This document shows, piece by piece, positions 35,745 through 44,044 of a DNA stretch of 45,935 nucleotides (positions within the stretch are counted from its first letter, which is position 1; each line of letters starts with the position of its first letter). The stretch is from Thermoplasmata archaeon. Its GTDB lineage: Archaea > Thermoplasmatota > Thermoplasmata > GCA-020350865. A model generated the notes under the pieces. That model saw only the letters and a list, made by a program, of their open reading frames with translations. It was not told the DNA's origin and did not search any database. The DNA lies in the NCBI GenBank assembly GCA_020348445.1, contig CP070751.1:951416-997350 (forward strand), read 5' to 3'. The position numbers and the translations under genes are program-made.

Positions 35745-36455
35745 TTGAAAGAGAGAATCTTTACAAGGGAAAGAACATGTTTTGATTTTCTGAGAAGTAT
35801 TCCATCCAAAAGAAAGTTCGTTGTTATAGGAGGTTTTGCTGTTTCTGCCTACGAATTTCCGAGATTATCTGTAGATCTTGATATAGTAATTCCAGAAGAG
35901 GAATTGAAATTCTTCATGAACCTTATTAAAAACCAGGATTTTGTTTTTAAAAAGGAAAAATCGGATTTTGATGATATTTATGGTGGGAAATATGAAAAAT
36001 ACATAAAAGAAGAGAAGCTACCCGTATCCGTGGATTTATTGATAAACTCGGTTATGGCCAGACAAACAAATTATTCATATTCATTTCAGTATTTGTTTAA
36101 ACATTCAAAAGCCCGGGAGATTCGTGGCTGGCATCCCGAAGCTAAGGTTACAGTTCGAGTCCCAAAGAAAGAGATGTTGATTGCTCTTAAGGTGAACTCC
36201 ATGAGAATGGCAGACAAACGGGATATTATTATGCTCTGTTATGAGAAACCGAATGCTGATATGATTATTAGGCATTTAAAGGACTGCCCAAGGGATAGTA
36301 TTATGGACAATCTGAATGAGCTTTTGGAATTGGTTGGGTCCCAGGATCATGATAACATGATCAAGGGAGTGTTTTCACTTTCCGATGATGTTTTGAAGCG
36401 TGCCGTAATAAGGTGTGAGAAGGTCATGGGAGAGGTTCTTGAGATGATTGAATAG
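35745..36455 (+). CDS. AbiEii-like nucleotidyltransferase (type IV TA toxin-like)
   Basis: FVVIGGFAVSAYEFPRLSVDLDIVI motif, KKEMLIALKV...ADKRDI; AGGTGA SD before the TTG start. Confidence 0.8.
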   Translation: MKERIFTRERTCFDFLRSIPSKRKFVVIGGFAVSAYEFPRLSVDLDIVIPEEELKFFMNLIKNQDFVFKKEKSDFDDIYGGKYEKYIKEEKLPVSVDLLINSVMARQTNYSYSFQYLFKHSKAREIRGWHPEAKVTVRVPKKEMLIALKVNSMRMADKRDIIMLCYEKPNADMIIRHLKDCPRDSIMDNLNELLELVGSQDHDNMIKGVFSLSDDVLKRAVIRCEKVMGEVLEMIE

Positions 36456-36462
36456 GGATCAT

Positions 36463-36576
36463 CGACGCAAAATGGGGCTAGGAGTGTGGGGAATTTGGTG
36501 GGAGGTGAGAAGACCAGGGGAGTCGGGAGGATGGTTCGGGATCAGGAAAGGGGGGAGGAGGAGGGGATTAGGGGGG
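36463..36576 (+). repeat. G-rich dispersed repeat, copy D
   Basis: Same core as copy A. Confidence 0.92.
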
Positions 36577-36675
36577 TTTTCAAGCTTGCTATGAGATCGA
36601 GGGGATTGGGGATTCGTGGGTGGGAGGAGATTGTACTCTAAAAGGGATGAGGATTATAAAAGAGTTAATTGTTAG

Positions 36676-37074
36676 TTAAACATTTCTTGGATCTTCCGCT
36701 AAAAGATCAGGTATCATTTCAAATATATGATCTGTGGACAATATCTTTTCACCATGGAGCTTTGCGGTTGCGATATGAAGTGAATCAAAAGTTCCAAGGA
36801 AATCGAATTGTTTCATCATTTTATTAGATTCCTTTAAGATTCTTTCATCTAACGGGAGTAATTTTATCTTCAAATTCTTTAGTATATCTTCAACCCGTAA
36901 GGCAACATCAATATTCTCATCTCTTATCAAAACCAATCTGGATTCCACAACTGAAAGAACTGAGGTGCATAATTTCTTTTCCTTTTTTATCCTTTTCTCC
37001 ACTGACTTCTTTAACCAGTCTTTTTCTTTGACTAAAGCCAAAATGCAGTCTGTATCAAGATACACGCTTACCAC
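36676..37074 (-). CDS. vapC: PIN domain ribonuclease toxin
   Basis: VYLDTDCILAL, SVLSVVE, FDSLHIATA, ILSTD: the conserved acidic PIN residues. Confidence 0.92.
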   Translation of the reverse strand: MVSVYLDTDCILALVKEKDWLKKSVEKRIKKEKKLCTSVLSVVESRLVLIRDENIDVALRVEDILKNLKIKLLPLDERILKESNKMMKQFDFLGTFDSLHIATAKLHGEKILSTDHIFEMIPDLLAEDPRNV

Positions 37075-37282
37075 GTCTTAGTCGGCGTTTGGTTTCCTCG
37101 TAACCGTATTCCTCAGCCCTGAAATGTACCCTGTTGTAGAAAAGAACCGCTAATCTAGCACCATATCTCAAAGCCTCTGATCTTGAACTGAAAACTTTTT
37201 CTTCTATCAATTGGTCGATCTCATTTGCCAGGCCAATTGGAAGAGAAACTGCGGTAGATACACGATCTTTTGTTCGGGACAT
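37055..37282 (-). CDS. vapB: Ribbon-helix-helix antitoxin
   Basis: VSTAVSLPIGLANEIDQLIEEKVFSSRSEALR RHH pattern; overlaps the start of the PIN gene. Confidence 0.85.
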   Translation of the reverse strand: MSRTKDRVSTAVSLPIGLANEIDQLIEEKVFSSRSEALRYGARLAVLFYNRVHFRAEEYGYEETKRRLRRGKRVS

Positions 37283-37302
37283 ATTTATACATATGTATAA
37301 AT
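37283..37302. promoter_or_regulatory. Perfect 20-bp palindromic operator of vapBC
   Basis: ATTTATACATATGTATAAAT immediately upstream of the antitoxin ATG. Confidence 0.75.
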
Positions 37303-37370
37303 CATTATTTTATCTTTTCGGTACTTTTTATGATCTTTTTTTTTACTAATTATTCTTTGTCCCACTATCT

Positions 37371-37406
37371 CCCAATGTTCCCATCGTTCCCAATGTTCCC
37401 GATGTT
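37371..37406 (+). repeat. Tandem 9-mer x4
   Basis: CCCAATGTT CCCATCGTT CCCAATGTT CCCGATGTT. Confidence 0.8.
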
Positions 37407-37427
37407 GATATAGGGGATTTTGTGGAT

Positions 37428-37543
37428 CATCTCACGAATTTGGCATGCCATTCATCTCACGGATTTGGCGGTAAATTTAGGGCTCATCTCACGAATATGG
37501 CCATTGAATTCTTGATTCTATATCACGAATTTGGTATGCCATT
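37428..37543. repeat. Cluster of 4 GGCATGCC-family units
   Basis: ATCTCACGAATTTGGCATGCCATT-like units at 37428, 37453, 37485 and 37520; inverted CGTGAGAT at 37546 and 37681. Confidence 0.8.
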
Positions 37544-37696
37544 TGCGTGAGATAAGAGAGTGAGGCATATTGATTGATTTCAGAGCACTGGCTACCCTCA
37601 ATTTATACCTCTCATAACTTGCATTTTTAGCGGATCAGACAGGGTATGTGCGCTGGAAATGAGGAAAAATTTACCAGATTCGTGAGATGGGCTGGG

Positions 37697-37810
37697 TTTT
37701 GGGCCCAAAAAGGGGCTAGGAGTGTGGGGAATTTGGTGGGATGTTAGAAAACCAGGGGAGTCGGGAGGATGTTTTGGGGTGAGGAAAGGGGGGAGGAGGA
37801 GGAGGGGATG
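37697..37810 (+). repeat. G-rich dispersed repeat, copy E
   Basis: Same core, starting with the palindrome TTTTGGGCCCAAAA. Confidence 0.92.
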
Positions 37811-37952
37811 TTTTTTTTCAGGATATCCTCCGTACCTTCCGCTTCTCCGCTCTGCGAGGTCTCTCTTTGTTCATCCTCAAGGTTTTCAAATTTCTTCGAA
37901 ATCCGAAAACGAGCCACGCCCCCTCCTCAGAGTGGGTAAAATAAAAAATTGT

Positions 37953-39131
37953 TTAACGTATTTTGCCTAGAGCCGAATTTAAACCTGCCATATCAACAAA
38001 GGAAACCTTACAGCCATTAACCTTCTTGGTTCCTTTTTTACCTTCGTAAAATACAATGTATGCTTTCTTTGGTTTGTAATTATTGATAAATGAATGTAAA
38101 CTCTTGTCAATCGAATATGACCCTTCGGAGACCTTAACTTCTATGGGAATTACATCTTTTTTATGCTCTAAAACGAAATCAACTTCCACTTTTGATTTTG
38201 TCCTCCAATATTTTGGTATATAACCTGCTTTTATTACTTCGGAAAATACATAGTTTTCAAATACTTTTCCATCAGGTTTTACTGGGAAATCATCTATAAT
38301 TATATTTCTTAAACCGCAATCTAAGAAATATATCTTTGGTTGCTTTGTGAGTTCTTTGTTCTTATTTGTGAAATATGGTTTTACCCTCACAATAAAATAG
38401 CTCTTTTCCATTGCATCTAGATACTTCTTAAGTGTGGGGAAGGTAATGCCTAAAGTCTTTGTTGTGTTATCATAAGATATCAGATTGGCCGTGTTAATTG
38501 CCAAATATCTTGAGAGCTGTTCAAGAGCATTCATGTCGGAAATTGAAAATGTTCTTGCTACATCCTTGAGAATCATTGTCTCGTAAAGATCTCTCAGAAT
38601 AATTTTTTTCATGTTTGGATCCTTTGTCAGCACAACTTTCGGGTAACCACCATAGGTCATATGTTCCCAAACCATTCTTTTTGAAATCGTGATTGTTGTA
38701 GCTTTTTGTTTTTTTGCTTTTATGAATTCTGAATGAGAGAAAGGATACAATCTGACAATAGATACACGTCCAACCAAATAAAATAATATTTCCTTGGACA
38801 TCAATATTTCAGAGGAAGAGGTTATCCATAGTTTTCGTCCGGTGTCCACAAGATATTTCAATTTCGATCCCGAGTCCCTGCAATGCTGTACCTCGTCCAG
38901 AACAGAAAGTTCATGTCCTTCAATATATTGCATTTCAAATTTTTTGACATCCTCGTCAAACAATGCCCTTGCATCAGGATCATCGAACAACACGTACGAA
39001 GAATCGTATTTTTTCATTTGTTCCTTGAGAAATGTGGTTTTGCCTGCCTGTCTTGCTCCAACCACAGCTATCATATTATAGCTTTCGGAAACTGAACTGA
39101 AATGTTCCTTAAGGTCTCTTTTTACATACAT
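37953..39131 (-). CDS. AAA_14 + DUF4143 ATP-binding protein
   Basis: Walker A VGARQAGKTT, LDEVQ, GGYP, KIYFLDCGL, FENYV, YWRT...EVDFV...IPIEVK. Start at 39131 (MYVKR) preferred over 39152. Confidence 0.92.
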   Translation of the reverse strand: MYVKRDLKEHFSSVSESYNMIAVVGARQAGKTTFLKEQMKKYDSSYVLFDDPDARALFDEDVKKFEMQYIEGHELSVLDEVQHCRDSGSKLKYLVDTGRKLWITSSSEILMSKEILFYLVGRVSIVRLYPFSHSEFIKAKKQKATTITISKRMVWEHMTYGGYPKVVLTKDPNMKKIILRDLYETMILKDVARTFSISDMNALEQLSRYLAINTANLISYDNTTKTLGITFPTLKKYLDAMEKSYFIVRVKPYFTNKNKELTKQPKIYFLDCGLRNIIIDDFPVKPDGKVFENYVFSEVIKAGYIPKYWRTKSKVEVDFVLEHKKDVIPIEVKVSEGSYSIDKSLHSFINNYKPKKAYIVFYEGKKGTKKVNGCKVSFVDMAGLNSALGKIR

Positions 39132-39244
39132 CAACTTTGATATACAATCCATTGTATTTAAACCTTACTAAAATTAATGTGCACTTTAACTTTAGTATTA
39201 CCAAAATTAAAGTCAATAATAGTTTTGGTAATGATGAAATAGTA

Positions 39245-39360
39245 AAGATAGGGCTAGGAGTGTGGGGAATTTGGTGGGATGGGAGAGAACCAGGGGAGTC
39301 GGGAGGATGTTTCGGGCCAGGAAAGGGGGAGGAAGGATGGGATGAGGGGATGCGGTATCT
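39245..39360 (+). repeat. G-rich dispersed repeat, copy F
   Basis: Same core as copy A. Confidence 0.92.
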
Positions 39361-39402
39361 CTTTCTTCCGTTCCTGCACTGGGCTACACCCCTTGCTTAG
39401 AG

Positions 39403-39526
39403 CTGATCGATTACAATACTTCCTGGGGGAGAAATCCCCCTGAACCGCAGGAAATCGCAGATTTCCGAGGGGCAGTGCTCATCTTTGATGAGCATGAGTC
39501 CCCCCTTTTCTTTTTCATTTCTTGAG
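39403..39526 (+). ncRNA. Candidate structured RNA or DNA element S, copy 1
   Basis: Three hairpins: GGGGGA-GAAA-TCCCCC, GGAAATC-GCA-GATTTCC, GGGG..TGCTCATC-TTT-GATGAGCA..CCCC, then a T tract. Paralog at 44045-44168. Confidence 0.55.
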
Positions 39527-39664
39527 TGGCTGTCCAAATAAGATTGTTACTATACAGAGGGAGTGCGGAGGGGTAAAGATATGGTTGTCCTTACCTTCCA
39601 TCCCTTCTCTAGGCCATGCCCTTTGCTCGGGGCGGGGAAAAATTTGTAAGCTCTATATTTAGAA

Positions 39665-39952
39665 TTAGATATCGGGTAAAAGTCTCGCACCGTGAACGAT
39701 GGCGACTATCTCGATGGCCTCCTCCTTAATTCTGTAAACTATCCGATAATTTTGAAATATTCTTTCCCTTAAATCATCCCGCTGATATTCCGGAACCACT
39801 CGCCCAGCTTTAGGAAAACCCGGTATCTTTTCGATCAAAGTTACGATTCGTTGTGCAAAAAGCCGCGCGTAATGCTCCGAATCAAGAGCAATGTAGTTGC
39901 ATATTTCCTCAAGATCCGCAGCTGCTCTGGGAGACCAGATCAGCTTAACCAT
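39665..39952 (-). CDS. parE: RelE/ParE family toxin
   Basis: LIWSPRAAADLEEICNYIALDS...FPKAGRVVPE...RERIFQNYRIVYRI...IVAIVHGAR. Confidence 0.92.
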   Translation of the reverse strand: MVKLIWSPRAAADLEEICNYIALDSEHYARLFAQRIVTLIEKIPGFPKAGRVVPEYQRDDLRERIFQNYRIVYRIKEEAIEIVAIVHGARLLPDI

Positions 39953-40125
39953 TTTTTCAATCGCTCCTTGGCCTCCTCATGGGAAATGCCCTTCCCTTCA
40001 TCTAGTTCCTTCAGACCCTTGTCCACCTTTTGTCTAAAATAAAGTTCGGCCATAATATCAGCTATACTGGCATCGTCCGGCATCTGTTGAATCATGGCTA
40101 TTACATTTTCTTTTAGATTTTGCAT
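39940..40125 (-). CDS. Small antitoxin of the ParE-family toxin
   Basis: 61 aa MQNLKENVIAMIQQMPDD...GKGISHEEAKERLKKWLS; GGAGG SD before ATG 40125; overlaps the toxin start. Confidence 0.85.
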   Translation of the reverse strand: MQNLKENVIAMIQQMPDDASIADIMAELYFRQKVDKGLKELDEGKGISHEEAKERLKKWLS

Positions 40126-40260
40126 GATCAAGGCCTCCATATGGGAATTTTTAGTATTTGAGGTACTATTATTCAATTTATATTTAAGTGTTGCTCTATT
40201 TTTATGTTTACCCGAAAGATCATCGTTCAATCTGGTCATAATAAGCACCATTATTACACG

Positions 40261-40289
40261 TGTTACATACCATTGTAACATTTGTAACA
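40261..40289. promoter_or_regulatory. TGTTACA/TGTAACA inverted and direct half-sites
   Basis: TGTTACA 40261, TGTAACA 40274, TGTAACA 40283; about 135 bp upstream of the antitoxin start. Confidence 0.4.
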
Positions 40290-40370
40290 TTAGGCTTTTG
40301 GGGTATATTAATCCTAATTTGGGGGGAGAATGTAAGTATTTGGATCATGGGTATGGTTTTTGGCATCCAT

Positions 40371-40527
40371 CACTCGTATTTGGCATACCATATGAGGGAG
40401 TTAACGCTCGTAATTGGCATGCCATCTAACGCTCGCAGTTGGCACCTAATTCAGGGTTTACCTCTCGTATTTGGCATGCCATCTGCGGGAGTTAGCGCTC
40501 GTAATTGGCATGCCAACTGTGAGAGTT
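40371..40527. repeat. Cluster of 5 GGCATGCC-family imperfect palindromes (REP/BIME-like)
   Basis: Units at about 40371, 40403, 40428, 40462 and 40494. Consensus AAC(G/T)CTCGTA(A/T)TTGGC-AT-GCCA..TG.G.GAGTT. Confidence 0.85.
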
Positions 40528-40670
40528 GTGAAGGTGAGTTGTGATTGGTGTTTTTTGAGGACTGGCTGTGGTTTTAAACGAGGCTGGAAAATGGGATTTT
40601 TTGGGAAGGCAGATGGGGTAGGTGGGCTGAGAATTTATGGATTTTTGCCATCTGCGAGAGGTGGCTTGGG

Positions 40671-40800
40671 TTTTGGGGCCCAAAATGGGGGCTAGGAGTA
40701 TGGGGAATTTGGTGGGATGTTAGAAAACCAGGGGAGTCGGGAGGATGTTTCGGGGGTAGGAAAGGGGGGGAGGAGAATGGGTGTGGGGATGCGGCAATCC
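40671..40800 (+). repeat. G-rich dispersed repeat, copy G
   Basis: Same core; ends at the base before the stop codon of the WEVPL gene at 40801. Confidence 0.92.
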
Positions 40801-43800
40801 TTACAATGGAACTTCCCAGGTGCACTCTTCTTTTGCGTGGATATAGTATCCTTTTCCAGGTTCAAAATAATCTGAAGGACCTAGTTTTATCCATTTTTGT
40901 TTTGCGGCATTGTATGTGAGGATTGCATCCACATGAGTGCCGAAGATAAGGTTGTTCAATCCTTCTGTTCTATTGTGGTTTGTTAGGGAGGGGTAACCAA
41001 CCATGTTCCAGCCTTTGTAAATTTGGATAGTCTGGATAACTGATGGTTGGGTGCCATTATAGAGGAAAATTGTGTCTCCTGGATGGGTGATGTGAATCCA
41101 GAAGCTCTGGGTTTCGTTTATCTCAAATAGGTCGTTTCCGTAAGGTTTGCCAACCCTATTGTGTTTCCAGGGATCGTTTGGATCTGTTGGATCATACCAT
41201 TGGACTGCATCATAATAGCCATCGATCATCTCAAGGACTTTTATCAAGTTTTGATTAATTTGGATAAAGGGGATTGAGATCAGGTTCCATCCTTGTTTTA
41301 AGAGGGTGTAATTTTCTAAGGATTGGTAGATGTAGGGTTCCATGAGAGGATAATTATCTACTGAATCTGAATCAATCGAGTAATTTGTATCTCCAATACC
41401 ATCACTGCCGGGTATATCCTGATTAGGACCTTTAAATTTGTCAACACCGACATAATTCGACCAGTAATTTCCTCCTAAAGGATACCCGTTGTCCCATTGG
41501 TTAGCGTTGTTTGTATAATCATAGGCTTGTACTGTATTATTTATAAAATTATTGTGATAAATAAGGTTGTTCGATGGTATTGACATCCCGATCCCAAAGA
41601 AGTTGTTTGTAACATTATTGACGGAGATTGTATTGTCAAATGAATCATCGAGCGAGATACCATAATAATTATTTGAAACAATATTTTCTTTGAAATTATT
41701 TTCATTGGATTCTTCATCGATAAAGATTCCATTATTGTTGAAGAAGGCGGTATTATTACTAATATTATTTCCTTTGGACCAACCTAGACATATTCCGTAA
41801 TCATTATTTGAGACATTATTTTGGATGATGGTATTATTCGTAGAAAATCCAAGTTCAATTCCACAAGAACTATAATTGCAATTCTGCTGCTCAATCTTTA
41901 CATTTGAGCAGTTGGCAAGTATGATTTCCCCCGCTCCAAACGGCACTATTCCTCCTGTTTGGTTCTTCAAGTAGTAAACTGGCTTGCTGTTTACAGTATT
42001 TGAAGTATCGATATTGTGCGTGTTCCAATGCTCAACGGTAGGGCCCCAAATAAATATCCCATCATTTGTCATTGTATTGTTTGAGACGATGATCTCCTTT
42101 GAATATGCAAGATGGACACCCATTCCATCATTTGAAGAGATATTATTGCTTTTTATAGTGTTGTTTGACGAAATAAGAAAGATGCCATCCTCTTTATTCG
42201 AATATACATTGTTTTTTGAAATATTGTTGTTATTTGATGCAAAACCAAGATAAATACCTTTTTCAGTATTTGAATATACGTTGTTGCCCAATATGGTGTT
42301 ATTCGTAGATGTAATAACCTCGATACCTACAATATCATTCAAATAAACATTATTGTTCATTATTTTATTATTTGATGATAAGTAAAGATATAGACCATCT
42401 GCTTCGTTCAAATAAGCATTGTTATTAGTGATTGAATTGTTTGATGAAGAGTAAAGATCGATGCCAATCCAGTTATCTGTAACATTATTGTTTGTTATGT
42501 TGTTATTTGATGAGGAGCTTAAAGAAATGGCCTTAATATTGGACGAGAAATTATTGTTATTTATACGGTTGTATGATGATCCCTCAAGCATAACAGCCCA
42601 TGAGCGTGTTACAAAATTCGATACATTATTGTTTGTTATAGAATTATTGGTTGAAGAAAAAAGGGTGATGCTATCTGGATTTTGTGAAAAATAGTTATTA
42701 TTAATAATATTATTTGATGATGAATCCAGATAAATACCATCTGCATCATTTGAAATGAAATCATTTTCATCTATGCTGTTATTCAAAGATTCAAAAAGAA
42801 ATACACCGTAGTCATTGTCAGTAACATTGTTACCAGTAATATCGTTATCATGTGCAGTGTCCAGATAAATACCAGGATTATTGTTCGATACATCGTTTGA
42901 GGATATATTGTTCTTGTGGGAATTGTCAAGGTATATCCCGTTTTCAGTACTAAAAGAGACCAGATTGTCCCTAACATTGTTGAAATCAGATAGATCCAGA
43001 TGTATACCATGATAACAATGAGAAAGGTTATTGCCAGTGACTTGATTTTCATTGGAATAGTAAAGATAGACACCGCGATCCCAGATGGATGAAATGTTGT
43101 TGTGTTTGACCGTGTTATTTCTCGAATATGATACACAGATTCCGTCACCGTTATTCCATCCGATGTTTTTGAATACCGTATTATCATTTGAGTACAACAA
43201 GTAAAATCCTATGTCGCTATTTGTAGCATTGTTCTCAGTAATCGTATTATTGTTCGAGTTTCTGATGGAAAAACCAAAGTCCCAATTATCCACGGCATTG
43301 TTGCTAAAAAGAGTGCTTCTATTTGAGTAATATAATAGGAAACCGCGAGAATTATCTGTTGCAATGTTGTCTGTGATTCTGCATTGTTCCACTGAATCAA
43401 GATCTATACCTGCGTCGTACCAGTTTACTCCGCTGTGTGTAACAGTGAATCCACTGATGTTCACCCAGTTAGAGGATACGTATATCACATCATTGGCCCA
43501 TCCACCATCCACAATCGTTGTGTTCTTGTTCTCACCCGTCAAGGTCAGGATTTTGTTCACAATAACATTCTCTATGTACGTCCCGTTGTAGACAAAGATC
43601 GTATCCCCATCTATAGCCGCATTTATCGCATCCTGAATACTCGTGAAATCCTCGGGGGGATTCCCGGGTCCGGAACCAGGTACATCATCAACATACCAAG
43701 TAGTAGGGGCTTCTACAACTTGTGCAATCTCGATAATAATGACAATTAAGCCCAACATCATAGCCAAACTTACCCAAATTGCGACTATCTTATTGTTCAT
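40801..43800 (-). CDS. Secreted right-handed beta-helix (NosD/CASH-like) protein with C-terminal WEVPL module
   Basis: TWYVDDVPGSGPGNPPEDFTSIQDAINAA start, many GI.L..S.NN.I..N repeats, WDNGYPLGGNYWS, ends ECTWEVPL. Confidence 0.92.
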   Translation of the reverse strand: MNNKIVAIWVSLAMMLGLIVIIIEIAQVVEAPTTWYVDDVPGSGPGNPPEDFTSIQDAINAAIDGDTIFVYNGTYIENVIVNKILTLTGENKNTTIVDGGWANDVIYVSSNWVNISGFTVTHSGVNWYDAGIDLDSVEQCRITDNIATDNSRGFLLYYSNRSTLFSNNAVDNWDFGFSIRNSNNNTITENNATNSDIGFYLLYSNDNTVFKNIGWNNGDGICVSYSRNNTVKHNNISSIWDRGVYLYYSNENQVTGNNLSHCYHGIHLDLSDFNNVRDNLVSFSTENGIYLDNSHKNNISSNDVSNNNPGIYLDTAHDNDITGNNVTDNDYGVFLFESLNNSIDENDFISNDADGIYLDSSSNNIINNNYFSQNPDSITLFSSTNNSITNNNVSNFVTRSWAVMLEGSSYNRINNNNFSSNIKAISLSSSSNNNITNNNVTDNWIGIDLYSSSNNSITNNNAYLNEADGLYLYLSSNNKIMNNNVYLNDIVGIEVITSTNNTILGNNVYSNTEKGIYLGFASNNNNISKNNVYSNKEDGIFLISSNNTIKSNNISSNDGMGVHLAYSKEIIVSNNTMTNDGIFIWGPTVEHWNTHNIDTSNTVNSKPVYYLKNQTGGIVPFGAGEIILANCSNVKIEQQNCNYSSCGIELGFSTNNTIIQNNVSNNDYGICLGWSKGNNISNNTAFFNNNGIFIDEESNENNFKENIVSNNYYGISLDDSFDNTISVNNVTNNFFGIGMSIPSNNLIYHNNFINNTVQAYDYTNNANQWDNGYPLGGNYWSNYVGVDKFKGPNQDIPGSDGIGDTNYSIDSDSVDNYPLMEPYIYQSLENYTLLKQGWNLISIPFIQINQNLIKVLEMIDGYYDAVQWYDPTDPNDPWKHNRVGKPYGNDLFEINETQSFWIHITHPGDTIFLYNGTQPSVIQTIQIYKGWNMVGYPSLTNHNRTEGLNNLIFGTHVDAILTYNAAKQKWIKLGPSDYFEPGKGYYIHAKEECTWEVPL

Positions 43801-43880
43801 CAGAAAAAGTTATCAATTTCACGGGATAAATACCTTCCGCTCTATCCTCGAAAGTGGTTGGTAGGGATTCGCTGATTGGT

Positions 43881-44004
43881 TCGACCCAAAATGGGGCTAA
43901 GAGTGTGGGGAATTTGGTGGAGGGTGAGAAAACCAGGGGAGTCGGGAGGATGGTTCGAGGGTAGGAAAGGGGGAGGAGGAGGGGTGTGGGGATGCGGCAT
44001 CCCT
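43881..44004 (+). repeat. G-rich dispersed repeat, copy H
   Basis: Same core, with terminal hairpins CCCA-AAA-TGGG and GGGATG-CGG-CATCCC. Confidence 0.92.
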
Positions 44005-44044
44005 ATCTTACGCTCCTGGTCTGGACGACGCCCCCAGCTCGGAC

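Noticed and set aside
6599-40290. Longest-ORF starts at 6599, 31616, 35088, 39152 and 40290
   Set aside because: The extensions overlap upstream genes or run through TATA/operator sequence. Downstream ATGs (6743, 31559, 35112, 39131, 40125) fit SD or TATA spacing and the family N-termini.
37428-40527. CRISPR interpretation of the GGCATGCC clusters
   Set aside because: Unit spacing is irregular (about 25-35 bp), the intervening sequence is mostly the palindrome's own right arm rather than unique spacers, and no cas genes are present.
13051-41313. Diversity-generating retroelement TR/VR relationship among the WEVPL tails
   Set aside because: Differences between tails are not confined to adenines and look like ordinary divergence; no reverse transcriptase is present in the window.
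41500-43300. Very low GC of the beta-helix genes (also 15800-16600) as a sign of horizontal transfer
   Set aside because: Explained by Asn/Ile-rich repeat composition (AAT/ATA codons).
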